From: Promethearchaeota archaeon
GTDB taxonomy: Archaea; Asgardarchaeota; Lokiarchaeia; Sigyniarchaeales; SOKP01
NCBI GenBank assembly: GCA_016839555.1
Contig: JAEOUA010000009.1
Location: 61,221 to 125,220, forward strand
Reading direction: 5' to 3'
DNA length: 64,000 nt
Position 1 is the stretch's first letter, and each line of letters begins with the position of its first letter. The notes under the pieces are model-generated. The model was not told the origin of the DNA. It made no database searches and saw only the letters and a program-made list of their open reading frames with translations. The translations under genes and the position numbers were made by a program. This document shows, one piece after another, positions 1 to 9,370 of the stretch.

Positions 1-1
1 A

Positions 2-517
2 TTTGATTTATCAGCAGATATCTTAAAGCAAATTAAATTGAAAGGAGAAGCTCAAACACCATTAACTTCGCTTAATGATAAGGCACAAGCAGTTGCTACA
101 AATATATTGAAATATCTTAAAGATCATCCCGAGTTTCATGAAATTTCGAATGTATGTGATACATGCCCTAGAATCATAAGAAGCAATTCTACAATGACAC
201 GCGTCAAGAGAGATTATGAAGGTCTCCCGAATCAAGAAGAATGCTTTATAGAGCAAGGATATATTTGTATGGGGCTTGTTACAAATGCTGGGTGTGGAGG
301 AATGTGTATTAAGGTGAATGCTCCCTGTACTGGCTGTTATGGTCAAACAGAATGGGTTGCAGATCAAGCTTCTCGATTTGCTGAGACTGCAATCAAAGGT
401 TTCAATGTTGAATTATCAAAAGATGAATTATTACGCCAAGTAAAGGATCATATTGGAACTTTCCAGAAATTTACCTTGGCAAAAAATAAAGAATTTACAA
501 AAAAGGTGCATGAATAA
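2..517 (+). CDS. vhuG: F420-non-reducing [NiFe] hydrogenase small subunit, C-terminal part (5' end lies outside the window)
   Basis: Frame open from base 2. Motifs CDTCPR...CFIEQGYICMG...AGCGGMC...PCTGCYG are typical of MvhG/VhuG Fe-S ligands. Lies directly upstream of the large subunit. Confidence 0.9.
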   Translation, partial: FDLSADILKQIKLKGEAQTPLTSLNDKAQAVATNILKYLKDHPEFHEISNVCDTCPRIIRSNSTMTRVKRDYEGLPNQEECFIEQGYICMGLVTNAGCGGMCIKVNAPCTGCYGQTEWVADQASRFAETAIKGFNVELSKDELLRQVKDHIGTFQKFTLAKNKEFTKKVHE

Positions 518-518
518 A

Positions 519-1823
519 ATGGTAAAAGAAATAAAAGTAGAGCCAGTCACTCGATTAGAGGGGCATGGTGATTTACATGTAGTCATTGGCGATGATGGAA
601 AGGTCAAAGATGTTCAATTTAATATAACCTCCACGAGATTCTTTGAGAAATTTGTGGAGGGGAGATATTGCGAACATGTACCGCGAATTACTCCAAGAAT
701 CTGCGGGATTTGTCCGATTCCACATCATCTTACACCAACTAAAGCGGTTGAAGATGCATGGGATGTGGAAATTCCTGAACCCGCATATAAACTAAGGCAA
801 TTATTCATCAATGCAAAGCAATACTCCTCTCATCTATTGCATTTTTATGCATTAGCTGCCCCAGACTTTTTAGTAGGCCCGTTTGCAGATCCCGCATTGA
901 GAAATGTGGTGCATGTGATTAATAAAATGCCTGATGTGGGGAAAATGGCCTTAAAGATGATGGATTTTGGGCAGAAATTATGCCAAGAGATTGGGGGTAA
1001 GTCAGTGCATCCAATCTCCGCAATTGTAGGCGGTATGAAAAAACCGATGGATGAGAGTGCCCGCGATAAATTCTTAAAAAAGGTCGATGAGCAAATCGAA
1101 TTTACTAAAAAGACAGTAGAGATTGGATTAAAAGTTGTGGAAGATTATTGGGACGTCGTGGCAAACGTTGGAGTTGTGCCTACTTATTATTTAGCCTTAA
1201 CGAAGAATGGTGTCCATGATATCTATGATGGTGATATTAGAGTTGTTACCCCAGATGGCAAAAAATTAGATTATGATGTGCATGATTATTTGGAGGTAAT
1301 TGGTGAACATATACCGAAGCATTCATATGCAACTCATACCTACTATAAACCTGCGGGATATCCGGAGGGTATTTATCGAGCAAATTGTCTTGCAATGATC
1401 AATGCTGCTGATAAAATGGCGACTCCCTTAGCTCAAGAAGCACTAGAGACGTTTAGAGCGAAATTAGGTGAAATTTCTCATCATACATTTGCGTATCATT
1501 GGGCGAGATTGATTGAGACGGTAGAAGCTATTGAAAACGTTAAAACTTTGTTAGAAGATCCCGATATTGTGAATCCTGATTGTAAAACTTTAGATGTTGA
1601 GCCGAAGGAAGGAGTGGGAGTAGGAATCACTGAAGCTCCACGTGGGTTGCTTGTTTACAATATATGGTCAGACGCTGAAGGAATCTGTAAGAAATTGAAT
1701 CTCATGGTTGCAACTAATCATAATATCGCCGGCATTGAAAAATCATTGATGCATACTGCAAAACAAGTATTTGAACAAAATGCTTTAGACGGATTAAAAT
1801 TACCAGATCCCTGGATAAAATAA
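519..1823 (+). CDS. vhuA: F420-non-reducing hydrogenase large subunit, split type lacking the C-terminal L2 motif
   Basis: EPVTRLEGHG, L1 motif RICGIC and EAPRG are present. It ends at PDPWIK with no DPCxxCxxH. ATG at 519 follows the vhuG stop. Confidence 0.93.
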   Translation: MVKEIKVEPVTRLEGHGDLHVVIGDDGKVKDVQFNITSTRFFEKFVEGRYCEHVPRITPRICGICPIPHHLTPTKAVEDAWDVEIPEPAYKLRQLFINAKQYSSHLLHFYALAAPDFLVGPFADPALRNVVHVINKMPDVGKMALKMMDFGQKLCQEIGGKSVHPISAIVGGMKKPMDESARDKFLKKVDEQIEFTKKTVEIGLKVVEDYWDVVANVGVVPTYYLALTKNGVHDIYDGDIRVVTPDGKKLDYDVHDYLEVIGEHIPKHSYATHTYYKPAGYPEGIYRANCLAMINAADKMATPLAQEALETFRAKLGEISHHTFAYHWARLIETVEAIENVKTLLEDPDIVNPDCKTLDVEPKEGVGVGITEAPRGLLVYNIWSDAEGICKKLNLMVATNHNIAGIEKSLMHTAKQVFEQNALDGLKLPDPWIK

Positions 1824-1865
1824 ACTTGTAAACAATTATAAAAAATTTAAAAAGTGATAATAAAA

Positions 1866-2018
1866 ATGGGTGAAGAAGTAGACGAAGGGTTAGTAAATCT
1901 CTTGGAAATGATAGTCAGATGTTATGATTGCTGACTATCGTGCGCCGCTCACATCACGGTTGTTGATGAAGAGGGCAAAGAGCTTTACTCTCGAAAATTG
2001 AATGTTGGTTTAGGATGA
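1866..2018 (+). CDS. vhuU: Selenoprotein VhuU, 50 aa, Sec encoded by TGA at 1932-1934
   Basis: Manual translation: MGEEVDEGLVNLLEMIVRCYDC-U-LSCAAHITVVDEEGKELYSRKLNVGLG*. The TGA sits at the first Ni-ligand position of the L2 motif missing from VhuA. Absent from the ORF track. Confidence 0.93.
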
Positions 2019-2057
2019 AATATTCAATAAAAATTATAGATTGAATATGACTGCCCA
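2005..2057 (+). promoter_or_regulatory. Candidate eukaryote-like SECIS element for vhuU
   Basis: ATGA at 2015-2018, perfect 9-bp stem ATATTCAAT (2020-2028)/ATTGAATAT (2040-2048), apical loop starting AAAAA, and GA at 2049-2050. Confidence 0.75.
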
Positions 2058-2132
2058 TGCCCGGGTTAAAACCAATAATAATGATGGAAAAATAAATCAA
2101 AGAAAATAAACAATTAAATAAAGTGATAAAAT

Positions 2133-2645
2133 ATGGTTATGGATTTTGAATTTAGAAAACAAGTTATGGATTATCATCAAGGGTCTGATGTAATCAAATA
2201 TTGTTATCAATGTAGTAGATGTACCGATAATTGTCCTGTATCATTTGTTACTGATGAATTATATCAATATGGATATAATCCCAGACGAAATATTTTAAAT
2301 GCGTTGCTTGGATATAAGGATAATATCTTTTCAGCGGATCTTATTGCTATTTGGGGTTGTACTGTTTGCGATACCTGCGATGAAGTCTGTCCGCAAAATA
2401 TCGAGCTAACCGAGATATTCACACTACTTAAAAATCAGAGCATTGAAAAGGGAGAGGGCCCTGATTTTATCTTCCAACAAGCACAAGCTATTTACGAATC
2501 TGGAAAAGCAATTCCCTCTCAAGCAGCATTAGAACGGAGAAGAGAGAGTATGGGATTACCTGCGATTATAGCTCCAAATGTGGATGAATTTCAAATGCTA
2601 ATGAATAATATGGAAATTAATAAAAAACTCAAAAAAGGTGATTAA
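2133..2645 (+). CDS. hdrC: Heterodisulfide reductase subunit C-like protein
   Basis: Two CxxCxxCxxxCP ferredoxin motifs (CYQCSRCTDNCP, CTVCDTCDEVCP). Upstream of hdrB. Confidence 0.88.
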   Translation: MVMDFEFRKQVMDYHQGSDVIKYCYQCSRCTDNCPVSFVTDELYQYGYNPRRNILNALLGYKDNIFSADLIAIWGCTVCDTCDEVCPQNIELTEIFTLLKNQSIEKGEGPDFIFQQAQAIYESGKAIPSQAALERRRESMGLPAIIAPNVDEFQMLMNNMEINKKLKKGD

Positions 2646-2649
2646 TCAA

Positions 2650-3528
2650 ATGACCGAATTTAAAATGTTTGAAGGATGTACGATTGGAAATCGAATTCCG
2701 TTTATAGAAGCTTCCACACGTAAAGTGTTCGAAAAACTTGGTATAGAAACCTCAGAAGCGCCCTTTACATGCTGCCCTGATCCTACAGGATTTAAAAGTT
2801 TTGATGATGATGGATGGCTCGCAATTGGTGCAAATAATCTCTGTTTAGCAGAGCAAGAAAATAAAGATATAATTTCTTTATGTAATGGATGTACCAACAC
2901 TCTTCGAGGAGTTCAGCATCAATTAAAACATAATAGTATCAAAAAAGAACAAATTAATAAACAATTAGCTAAGATCGGAAAAGAATATAAGGGTACGATT
3001 AATGTGAGACATTTTGTCGATGTTTTACGAAAAGATATCGGATTAGAAAAAATTAAAAGTGCACTCATAAAATCTTTAAATGGATTAAAGGTTGCATGTC
3101 ATCCTGGATGCCATTATATGAGACCTAATGAATGGATGGAAACAGATGACGATCCCATGAGACCAAAAACCTTAAAGGAATTAGTAGCTGTAACTGGAGC
3201 GACTGTAGTAGATTATGAAGAAGAGGCTCTTTGTTGCGGTTCTGCGGTCTCCAACGCATACGAAGAAGTTGGCATGCAGAATTTAAAAAGAAAAATGGAT
3301 AGTATTAAGAAAGCGGGAGCCGATATAATTGTCGTAAATTGTCCAGCATGCTTTCAACAATTTGATACTCAACAGAGAAATCTTTCGAAAGCATTTCATG
3401 AAGAATACGATATTCCAGTTCTATATTTAACGGAATTATATGCATTAGCGATGGGAGAAAATCCTGATGATCTTGGAATGCGCTATCATCGCACTAGAAT
3501 CAAAGACATCGCACCCCTTGGTGTATAA
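2650..3528 (+). CDS. hdrB: Heterodisulfide reductase subunit B-like protein
   Basis: CCG-domain motifs CCP, CNGC, HPGCH, CCG and CPAC. Confidence 0.9.
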   Translation: MTEFKMFEGCTIGNRIPFIEASTRKVFEKLGIETSEAPFTCCPDPTGFKSFDDDGWLAIGANNLCLAEQENKDIISLCNGCTNTLRGVQHQLKHNSIKKEQINKQLAKIGKEYKGTINVRHFVDVLRKDIGLEKIKSALIKSLNGLKVACHPGCHYMRPNEWMETDDDPMRPKTLKELVAVTGATVVDYEEEALCCGSAVSNAYEEVGMQNLKRKMDSIKKAGADIIVVNCPACFQQFDTQQRNLSKAFHEEYDIPVLYLTELYALAMGENPDDLGMRYHRTRIKDIAPLGV

Positions 3529-3715
3529 GAAAACAAAATTTTTAAAAAATTTATTATTTTTTTTTTTTCGCTTATTTTTTTAAATATCTATTATAATTCT
3601 TATAGACTAGAAAAATTAGAATTTTTGAAAATATATCTCATAATAATTAATTTTATTATATTCTTTAAATTACAACATACGAGTTAGTACTATTAATCAT
3701 TTAAGTTAATTTAAA

Positions 3716-3964
3716 ATGTGTTTAGCAATACCTGGAAAGATTATAGAAATATCTTCTGATGGGAATACAGCCACAGTTGATTTTGACGGGATTAAGCAAA
3801 ATATAATCATCGCATTAGCCAAGGATGCTCAAATTGGTAAATATGCAGTAGTACATGCAGGATATGCGATTGAAATCATGGATGAGAAAGAAGCTTTAAC
3901 AGCTATTGAACAGTGGAAAGAAATAGCTGAAGATCAAGATTTAGAACTTTCTGATATGCTATAA
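3716..3964 (+). CDS. hypC: Hydrogenase maturation chaperone HypC
   Basis: N-terminal MCLAIP and VHAGYAI motifs. Confidence 0.95.
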   Translation: MCLAIPGKIIEISSDGNTATVDFDGIKQNIIIALAKDAQIGKYAVVHAGYAIEIMDEKEALTAIEQWKEIAEDQDLELSDML

Positions 3965-4762
3965 ATCAAAAATCTCTTCTTTTAATTGCTTTAATTTTAA
4001 ATATAATCGTCTTATACTTATTAAAGCTTTAGAATTAGGATTATATTCTATAGGAGCTTCTCCTTTTAAATCAGCTTTTCCAATTTCGGAATCGAAAGGA
4101 ATTGAATGATAAAGCGGAACATTCCAATTTTCGATACGGCTATTAATTATTTCTAATTGGTTATCATCAATAATTTTATTAGCAACTAAATAAATGTTGA
4201 TGATTCCTAATTTTTTAGATAATTCTATAATTTTTCTGCTCAAATCTAAGCTTTTTTGTGATGGTTCAGATATTACTAACATCACGTCAATATCTTTAGC
4301 CGTTCCCCTCCCTAAGTGCTCTAAACCTGCTTCAAAATCTACAATAATTACTTCATCTCGCTCTACGAATAAATTATGAAGCAAAGTTCTTATTAGTGCA
4401 TTTTCTGGACATAAACATCCCGTGGCAGGTTCTTCAATTCCTCCTAAAACTAGTAGTTGTAATCCGTCTGGTCCGGAGACTTTATATTTATCAGGAATAT
4501 CAGATACCTTTGGATTAATATTATAAACTCCAGGGCCAGCCCCCCTCACTTCTGTTCGCTCTTTGACTAAGTTTTTCATTTCTGAGATGGGTACAATACT
4601 TTCTTTGATCTCTGGAGCAATTCCAAGTGTATAACTTAAATTCATAGCAGAATCATTATCAATTGCTAAAACATTATAATTATCTTTAGCAAATAATCTA
4701 GCTAAAGTTCCAGCTACAAGCGTCTTCCCAACCCCCCCTTTTCCGCTTACAGCAATCTTAAT
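3959..4762 (-). CDS. cooC: CooC/MinD-like nickel-insertion ATPase, apparent ATT start
   Basis: The frame extends 39 codons upstream of the tracked ATG to give IKIAVSGKGGVGKT (deviant Walker A). GCLC and DFEAGLEHLGRG motifs are present. Confidence 0.85.
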   Translation of the reverse strand: MKIAVSGKGGVGKTLVAGTLARLFAKDNYNVLAIDNDSAMNLSYTLGIAPEIKESIVPISEMKNLVKERTEVRGAGPGVYNINPKVSDIPDKYKVSGPDGLQLLVLGGIEEPATGCLCPENALIRTLLHNLFVERDEVIIVDFEAGLEHLGRGTAKDIDVMLVISEPSQKSLDLSRKIIELSKKLGIINIYLVANKIIDDNQLEIINSRIENWNVPLYHSIPFDSEIGKADLKGEAPIEYNPNSKALISIRRLYLKLKQLKEEIFDL

Positions 4763-5166
4763 CTAAGTCCACCTTCTTTTGAGAATCCAAATACATATTT
4801 AAGATATGATTTTAAATAAATTAAATCTTTAGATTATAGCTTAAAATCTAATCTCTAATTTTTACTTTATTTATTATCTAAGAAAGAGAAATAAAATTAT
4901 CTAAAATAATATCCTAATTTCTTATTTCTATTTTTTTCTAAAAAGTGTTCCAAATATGAGTTAAAATTCTTAGTTTCGCGTTCTTTTAGCTTTATTCTTA
5001 ATTCTATTAATGAGTTTTTATTTTTAGCCTCATTTTTATTGCTTTTAATCATAACTAAAAAGGAACTTAAATTAAATTATTTATATGATATAACAAAAAC
5101 TTATTATAATAAGAGAAATAGATTTTGAAAAAATAAAGAAATATCTAGATAATATAATTGATTTTC

Positions 5167-5904
5167 ATGATCATTGAATTATTAAATGATAATTATACTC
5201 AGGAAGAAGCTAAATATCTACAACTTAAATATCGAAAAAAAATCGAAAAAGAAACGATTAAAAAACTTGAATTAAAAGATATCAATGAAATTAAATATAT
5301 CGTCGGAGTAGACATCTCTTATTTTACTAAAAATGGAAAAGAATTAGGAATCGCTTGTGCTATATTGTGGGATATAAAAAGAAATGAAATAGTTGAATCC
5401 TCTTATTCAAAAGACCAGATAAGATACCCATATATTCCAGGATTCCTTGGTTTTAGAGAATGTAAGTTATTAGTAAACGCAATTCTAAAGCTTCCTAAAA
5501 AATATGAAATTGTTATAACTGATGGTCACGGAATCATTCATCCAAGGAGATTTGGAGAAGCAGTTCATTTAGGTGTTGCATTAGAGATTCCCTCTATAGG
5601 CATAGCTAAAAATCCATTTATAGGATATTCTAAATGGAAATCCTTACAAAGAAAAAAAGGAAATAAAACCCCCGTATGGAATGATAATCCTAACTTATTA
5701 AACTCTTCAGAGAAAGAATTATTAGGGTATGCAATTTGTTTAAGAGATCGTTCCAAGCCTGTATTTGTGAGTGAAGGATATAAAGTAGATATTGCTCTGG
5801 CTATAAGTTTAGTTTTAAAGTTAACAAAAGAACATAGATTACCAGAACCATTATTTTTAGCTGATAAATTCTCCCGTAGAAAAATAAATTCTCAAAAGAG
5901 TTAA
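5167..5904 (+). CDS. nfi: Endonuclease V
   Basis: GVDISY, PYIPGFLGFRE, DGHGIIHPRRFG, IGIAK and RLPEPL..AD motifs. Confidence 0.93.
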   Translation: MIIELLNDNYTQEEAKYLQLKYRKKIEKETIKKLELKDINEIKYIVGVDISYFTKNGKELGIACAILWDIKRNEIVESSYSKDQIRYPYIPGFLGFRECKLLVNAILKLPKKYEIVITDGHGIIHPRRFGEAVHLGVALEIPSIGIAKNPFIGYSKWKSLQRKKGNKTPVWNDNPNLLNSSEKELLGYAICLRDRSKPVFVSEGYKVDIALAISLVLKLTKEHRLPEPLFLADKFSRRKINSQKS

Positions 5905-6078
5905 ATTGTTATTTATTCGTATTTTAAATAAATTCATACAAGAAAAAGAAAGTATTTAATGATTTAGTGAGTTATATCGAATAGAATTATATTGAGTTTA
6001 AGTATAGAATTTATATTAAATATTTAAATTTAAAAAATATATAAAGAATTAAAAAAAACATAGATTACATTCATAAAA

Positions 6079-6585
6079 TTGGAAAATTATAAAAGATCAA
6101 AAGAATGGTTAAAACTTTCTTTTAATAATCTGGAAAAAGTTATAGCTTTTTATAAGATTAAAGAATATGATGCTTGCGTATTTAGAATTCAATTATCTAT
6201 TGAGCAATTTCAAAAATCCTTGTTATTTTTATTGGGATTTCAAATCAGGAAAACTCATGAACCGTCAAAGATTTTAGATTCCTTAATTTATAATGATCAA
6301 ATTCAAGTTAAAAAACAAATACTAGATAAATTCAAAAAACTAACGAAGTTAGCAAAAGTAATCGAAAAAGAAGAAACTTCAACTAGATATGGAATAATAC
6401 GGAATAATAAATTAATCTCCCCAAAAAAATTATATGACAAAACTAAAGCAATAGAGTTTCTTAATATTTTAGTTAAATTTTTAATAGTTATCAAAGAAAT
6501 TTTAATAAATATCTCTGAATTTTCTAACCAAATTAAAATTTTAGATAAATCTATCAGTAAAATTAGACTTTTAATAGAGGAATAA
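6079..6585 (+). CDS. HEPN domain protein (putative toxin)
   Basis: QLSIEQFQKSLL, KTH and TRY motifs of HEPN proteins. Adjacent to an MNT gene. Confidence 0.8.
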   Translation: MENYKRSKEWLKLSFNNLEKVIAFYKIKEYDACVFRIQLSIEQFQKSLLFLLGFQIRKTHEPSKILDSLIYNDQIQVKKQILDKFKKLTKLAKVIEKEETSTRYGIIRNNKLISPKKLYDKTKAIEFLNILVKFLIVIKEILINISEFSNQIKILDKSISKIRLLIEE

Positions 6586-6590
6586 AGAAA

Positions 6591-7085
6591 ATGAAAAAAG
6601 ATATCCCATTTGATTTAGCATTTATTCAAATCGAATATTATAAAAACAAATTACATAATTATCTTGAACATATTTTTAACCAAAATTTAGATATAATTGG
6701 CATATTACTTTTTGGCTCAGTTGCTAAAAATACAGCTAGGAATGATGAATTTTATACAAGTGACATTGATATTATTATTATTTGTGAAAACCTTCCATCA
6801 GGAATATGGAAACGGAAAAAATTTATTCTCAAAAAAACTAAAGAAGTCTGCTCTGGCATTCAAGATTTTTGGTGGACGTTAAAGGAATTTTGGTCTCTAT
6901 TAGAATCAAAATTTTTTCTTCTCTTAGATGCATTTGATGAGGGAATAATTCTTTATGATCCAAAAGATATTTTAAAAAACTTAAAAGAAAAATTATTTAA
7001 AGATTTAAAGGTAAAAGGAGTAATAAAAACAGATCTCTATTGGCAATGGCCAATTAAAAATTTTGGAGATAAAATAGATTTTTAA
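6591..7085 (+). CDS. Minimal nucleotidyltransferase (MNT, putative antitoxin)
   Basis: LFGSVA...SDIDIII polymerase-beta-type motif and EGIILYD. Confidence 0.85.
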   Translation: MKKDIPFDLAFIQIEYYKNKLHNYLEHIFNQNLDIIGILLFGSVAKNTARNDEFYTSDIDIIIICENLPSGIWKRKKFILKKTKEVCSGIQDFWWTLKEFWSLLESKFFLLLDAFDEGIILYDPKDILKNLKEKLFKDLKVKGVIKTDLYWQWPIKNFGDKIDF

Positions 7086-7141
7086 ATATTCAATTCTTGA
7101 GGTTGGAAAGTTAAAAATAATATTAATTTATAATACAAATC

Positions 7142-8509
7142 TTATTCATTTTCCAAAATTCGTTTTGCTGCTTTTCTCACATCAACATCAGAATCGTTAA
7201 GGAATGCTTTCATAACATCATTAATTCCCTCGAAATCCCTAAAATTTCCCAAGGCTTTTACTAAATAGAAGCGAACTAACCAATCTTTATCATAAAGTAA
7301 ATCGATAAGCGTGTTAAATACTTTAATAGTTTTAACTTTACTTAAGACCTTAATCGTAAATCTTCTAATTTCAGGGATATCATGATATAAATCTTGGATT
7401 AGGAGATCTATAAGTCTCTCTTTATTAAACTCATTCATAATACTAAACATTCGCTCTATGAGTAGTCTTTGATATATCTCAGGTAAATTTTCTGCGCAGA
7501 TTCCTTTTGATTGTAAATTCTGAAGATTTTGAATATTATTTTCTGGAAATGTTTTTAAAATTTTTATCTTCTCCTCATCAACTTCACTAGGTTCTGAGAT
7601 ATTTTCAAAATGTTGAACTCCCAAAGATTTTTGCATATCTTGATTAATATTAGTTAATTTCTGAATGTTTTGTTTTAATTCAATAATTTGATTCTCCTTA
7701 TATTGAACAGAATTTTCTAAACCAGAAATTAATTGCTCATAATGTTGTATTTTATCATTTAAAATTTGCTTTTCTTTTTCAAACTGGTCTTTAAATTCTT
7801 CAACTAATTCAATATGATCAACTTTTTTATGGAGCTTTTCATTAACTTTATCTAATTCCTCTTCTAAATATACTACTTGGACTTTTAAATCTTCATTTTC
7901 TTGCTTTAAATTTTCAATACGATTATAAGCTTCAGAAAATTCATCAGCAATTTGAACCTGTGAACCATCAGATTGTTTACTTTTCTCTAATTCCTCTTGG
8001 AAATAAGATACTTGAGAATTCAATTTTTTTTTTTCTTGTTCTAATTCTTCGATTTTCTCATTCGCTATATTTAATTTGACTAGAAGATGTTCTTGCTGAT
8101 CATTTTCTTTTAAGTATTCGAGTTCAGATTTTATTGATTCTATTTCAGCTATGGTATTTTGCTTTTCTTCAAGTTTTTGAATATTTACTTTTTGTGATAA
8201 CATACTATCTCTTTCTTGCAATTGATCGGTTAATTCCATAACACTTTGTCTCAATATGACAATTTGCTCTTCTTTTTCGTTTAATTCCTCTCTTTGAGAT
8301 ATCACTAATTCTTTTAAGATTTGAACATCCTCTGGAGTTTCCTCAAATTTAGGTATCTTATTACTTAATTCCTCTATTATTTTCTTTTGTTCATTTATGG
8401 TAAATCGTAATCTTTTCCTCTCTTCCGTTAGAAAATCAATTCTTTCTTCAAGTTGAGCTCTAGTTTTGTTTCGTTCCTCAACCCTATCAATTAAATCCTT
8501 TAAGTCCAT
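7142..8509 (-). CDS. Long coiled-coil protein with C-terminal HEAT repeats
   Basis: About 300 aa of heptad-rich E/K/Q/L sequence, then HEAT-like units (DIPEIRR, DKDWLVRFYLVKALG, DSDVDVRKAA). Confidence 0.75.
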   Translation of the reverse strand: MDLKDLIDRVEERNKTRAQLEERIDFLTEERKRLRFTINEQKKIIEELSNKIPKFEETPEDVQILKELVISQREELNEKEEQIVILRQSVMELTDQLQERDSMLSQKVNIQKLEEKQNTIAEIESIKSELEYLKENDQQEHLLVKLNIANEKIEELEQEKKKLNSQVSYFQEELEKSKQSDGSQVQIADEFSEAYNRIENLKQENEDLKVQVVYLEEELDKVNEKLHKKVDHIELVEEFKDQFEKEKQILNDKIQHYEQLISGLENSVQYKENQIIELKQNIQKLTNINQDMQKSLGVQHFENISEPSEVDEEKIKILKTFPENNIQNLQNLQSKGICAENLPEIYQRLLIERMFSIMNEFNKERLIDLLIQDLYHDIPEIRRFTIKVLSKVKTIKVFNTLIDLLYDKDWLVRFYLVKALGNFRDFEGINDVMKAFLNDSDVDVRKAAKRILENE

Positions 8510-8624
8510 AAAAAGTTTCCTAAAAAATCTTTAGAAGTAATTTAGTTGGTAATTAATTTATATAGAGTGCTTTTCATATTTATTTTTAGCGATTAAATCA
8601 AATTGCTAAATAAATAAAAAAAAA

Positions 8625-9101
8625 TTATAATAATTTAATTTCTAGAATTTTATCCCCTTGTTCAATAGAATCAACGACTGCTTGATCTCTCTCACTAATC
8701 ACTTCTCCGAAAATTGTGTGTTTATTATTTAAGTGAGGTGTAGGTACATGCGTAATAAAAAATTGGGAGCCATTAGTGTTGGATCCTGCGTTTGCCATTG
8801 CTAAGATGCCCGGCTTATTGAATTTTTTTCCACTTTGGAATTCATCTTCAAAGGGATATGAAATTTGTGTTCCTTGAAATGGAAAAAAAGTTATTCCTTT
8901 TTGTTTGGGACCTCCTCTACCCGTTCCTGTGGGATCTCCACCTTGAATCATAAAATCATTAATAACTCGATGAAAGGTAACTCCATTATAGAATCCCACC
9001 TTAGCAAGATATAAAAAGCTGGCAACGGTTTTAGGAGCATCATTATCAAATAACTTTAAATTAATATCTCCTTTTTCTGTTTTTATAGTTATATTTGACA
9101 T
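8625..9101 (-). CDS. Cyclophilin-type peptidyl-prolyl isomerase
   Basis: [30 protein letters not shown] and HTIFG motifs. Confidence 0.95.
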   Translation of the reverse strand: MSNITIKTEKGDINLKLFDNDAPKTVASFLYLAKVGFYNGVTFHRVINDFMIQGGDPTGTGRGGPKQKGITFFPFQGTQISYPFEDEFQSGKKFNKPGILAMANAGSNTNGSQFFITHVPTPHLNNKHTIFGEVISERDQAVVDSIEQGDKILEIKLL

Positions 9102-9370
9102 AGTGTCTCAACTTTAATTTTTAAAAATCTTTTGGAATTAAAAATATTTTTAATTTTATTATAGCAGATTATTTTTAAATTAAGATTCTTAATGAATTCC
9201 ATTTTGCTTTGTAATTCAAAATTGAAATGTTCTTTCTTCTTAATTATTTCTGTTTTATTAATATTTTTTTAGCCTTCCTTTTTAATAAAGTAATAACTAA
9301 TAAAAATTACTTTTAAAAGCAATAAAAATTACTTTTAAATTAAATAATTATTTTAGATAGCAGATTCATC

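Noticed and set aside
453-518. Tracked upstream TTG start for vhuA
   Set aside because: It overlaps vhuG, and homology begins at MVKEIKVEPVTR (ATG 519).
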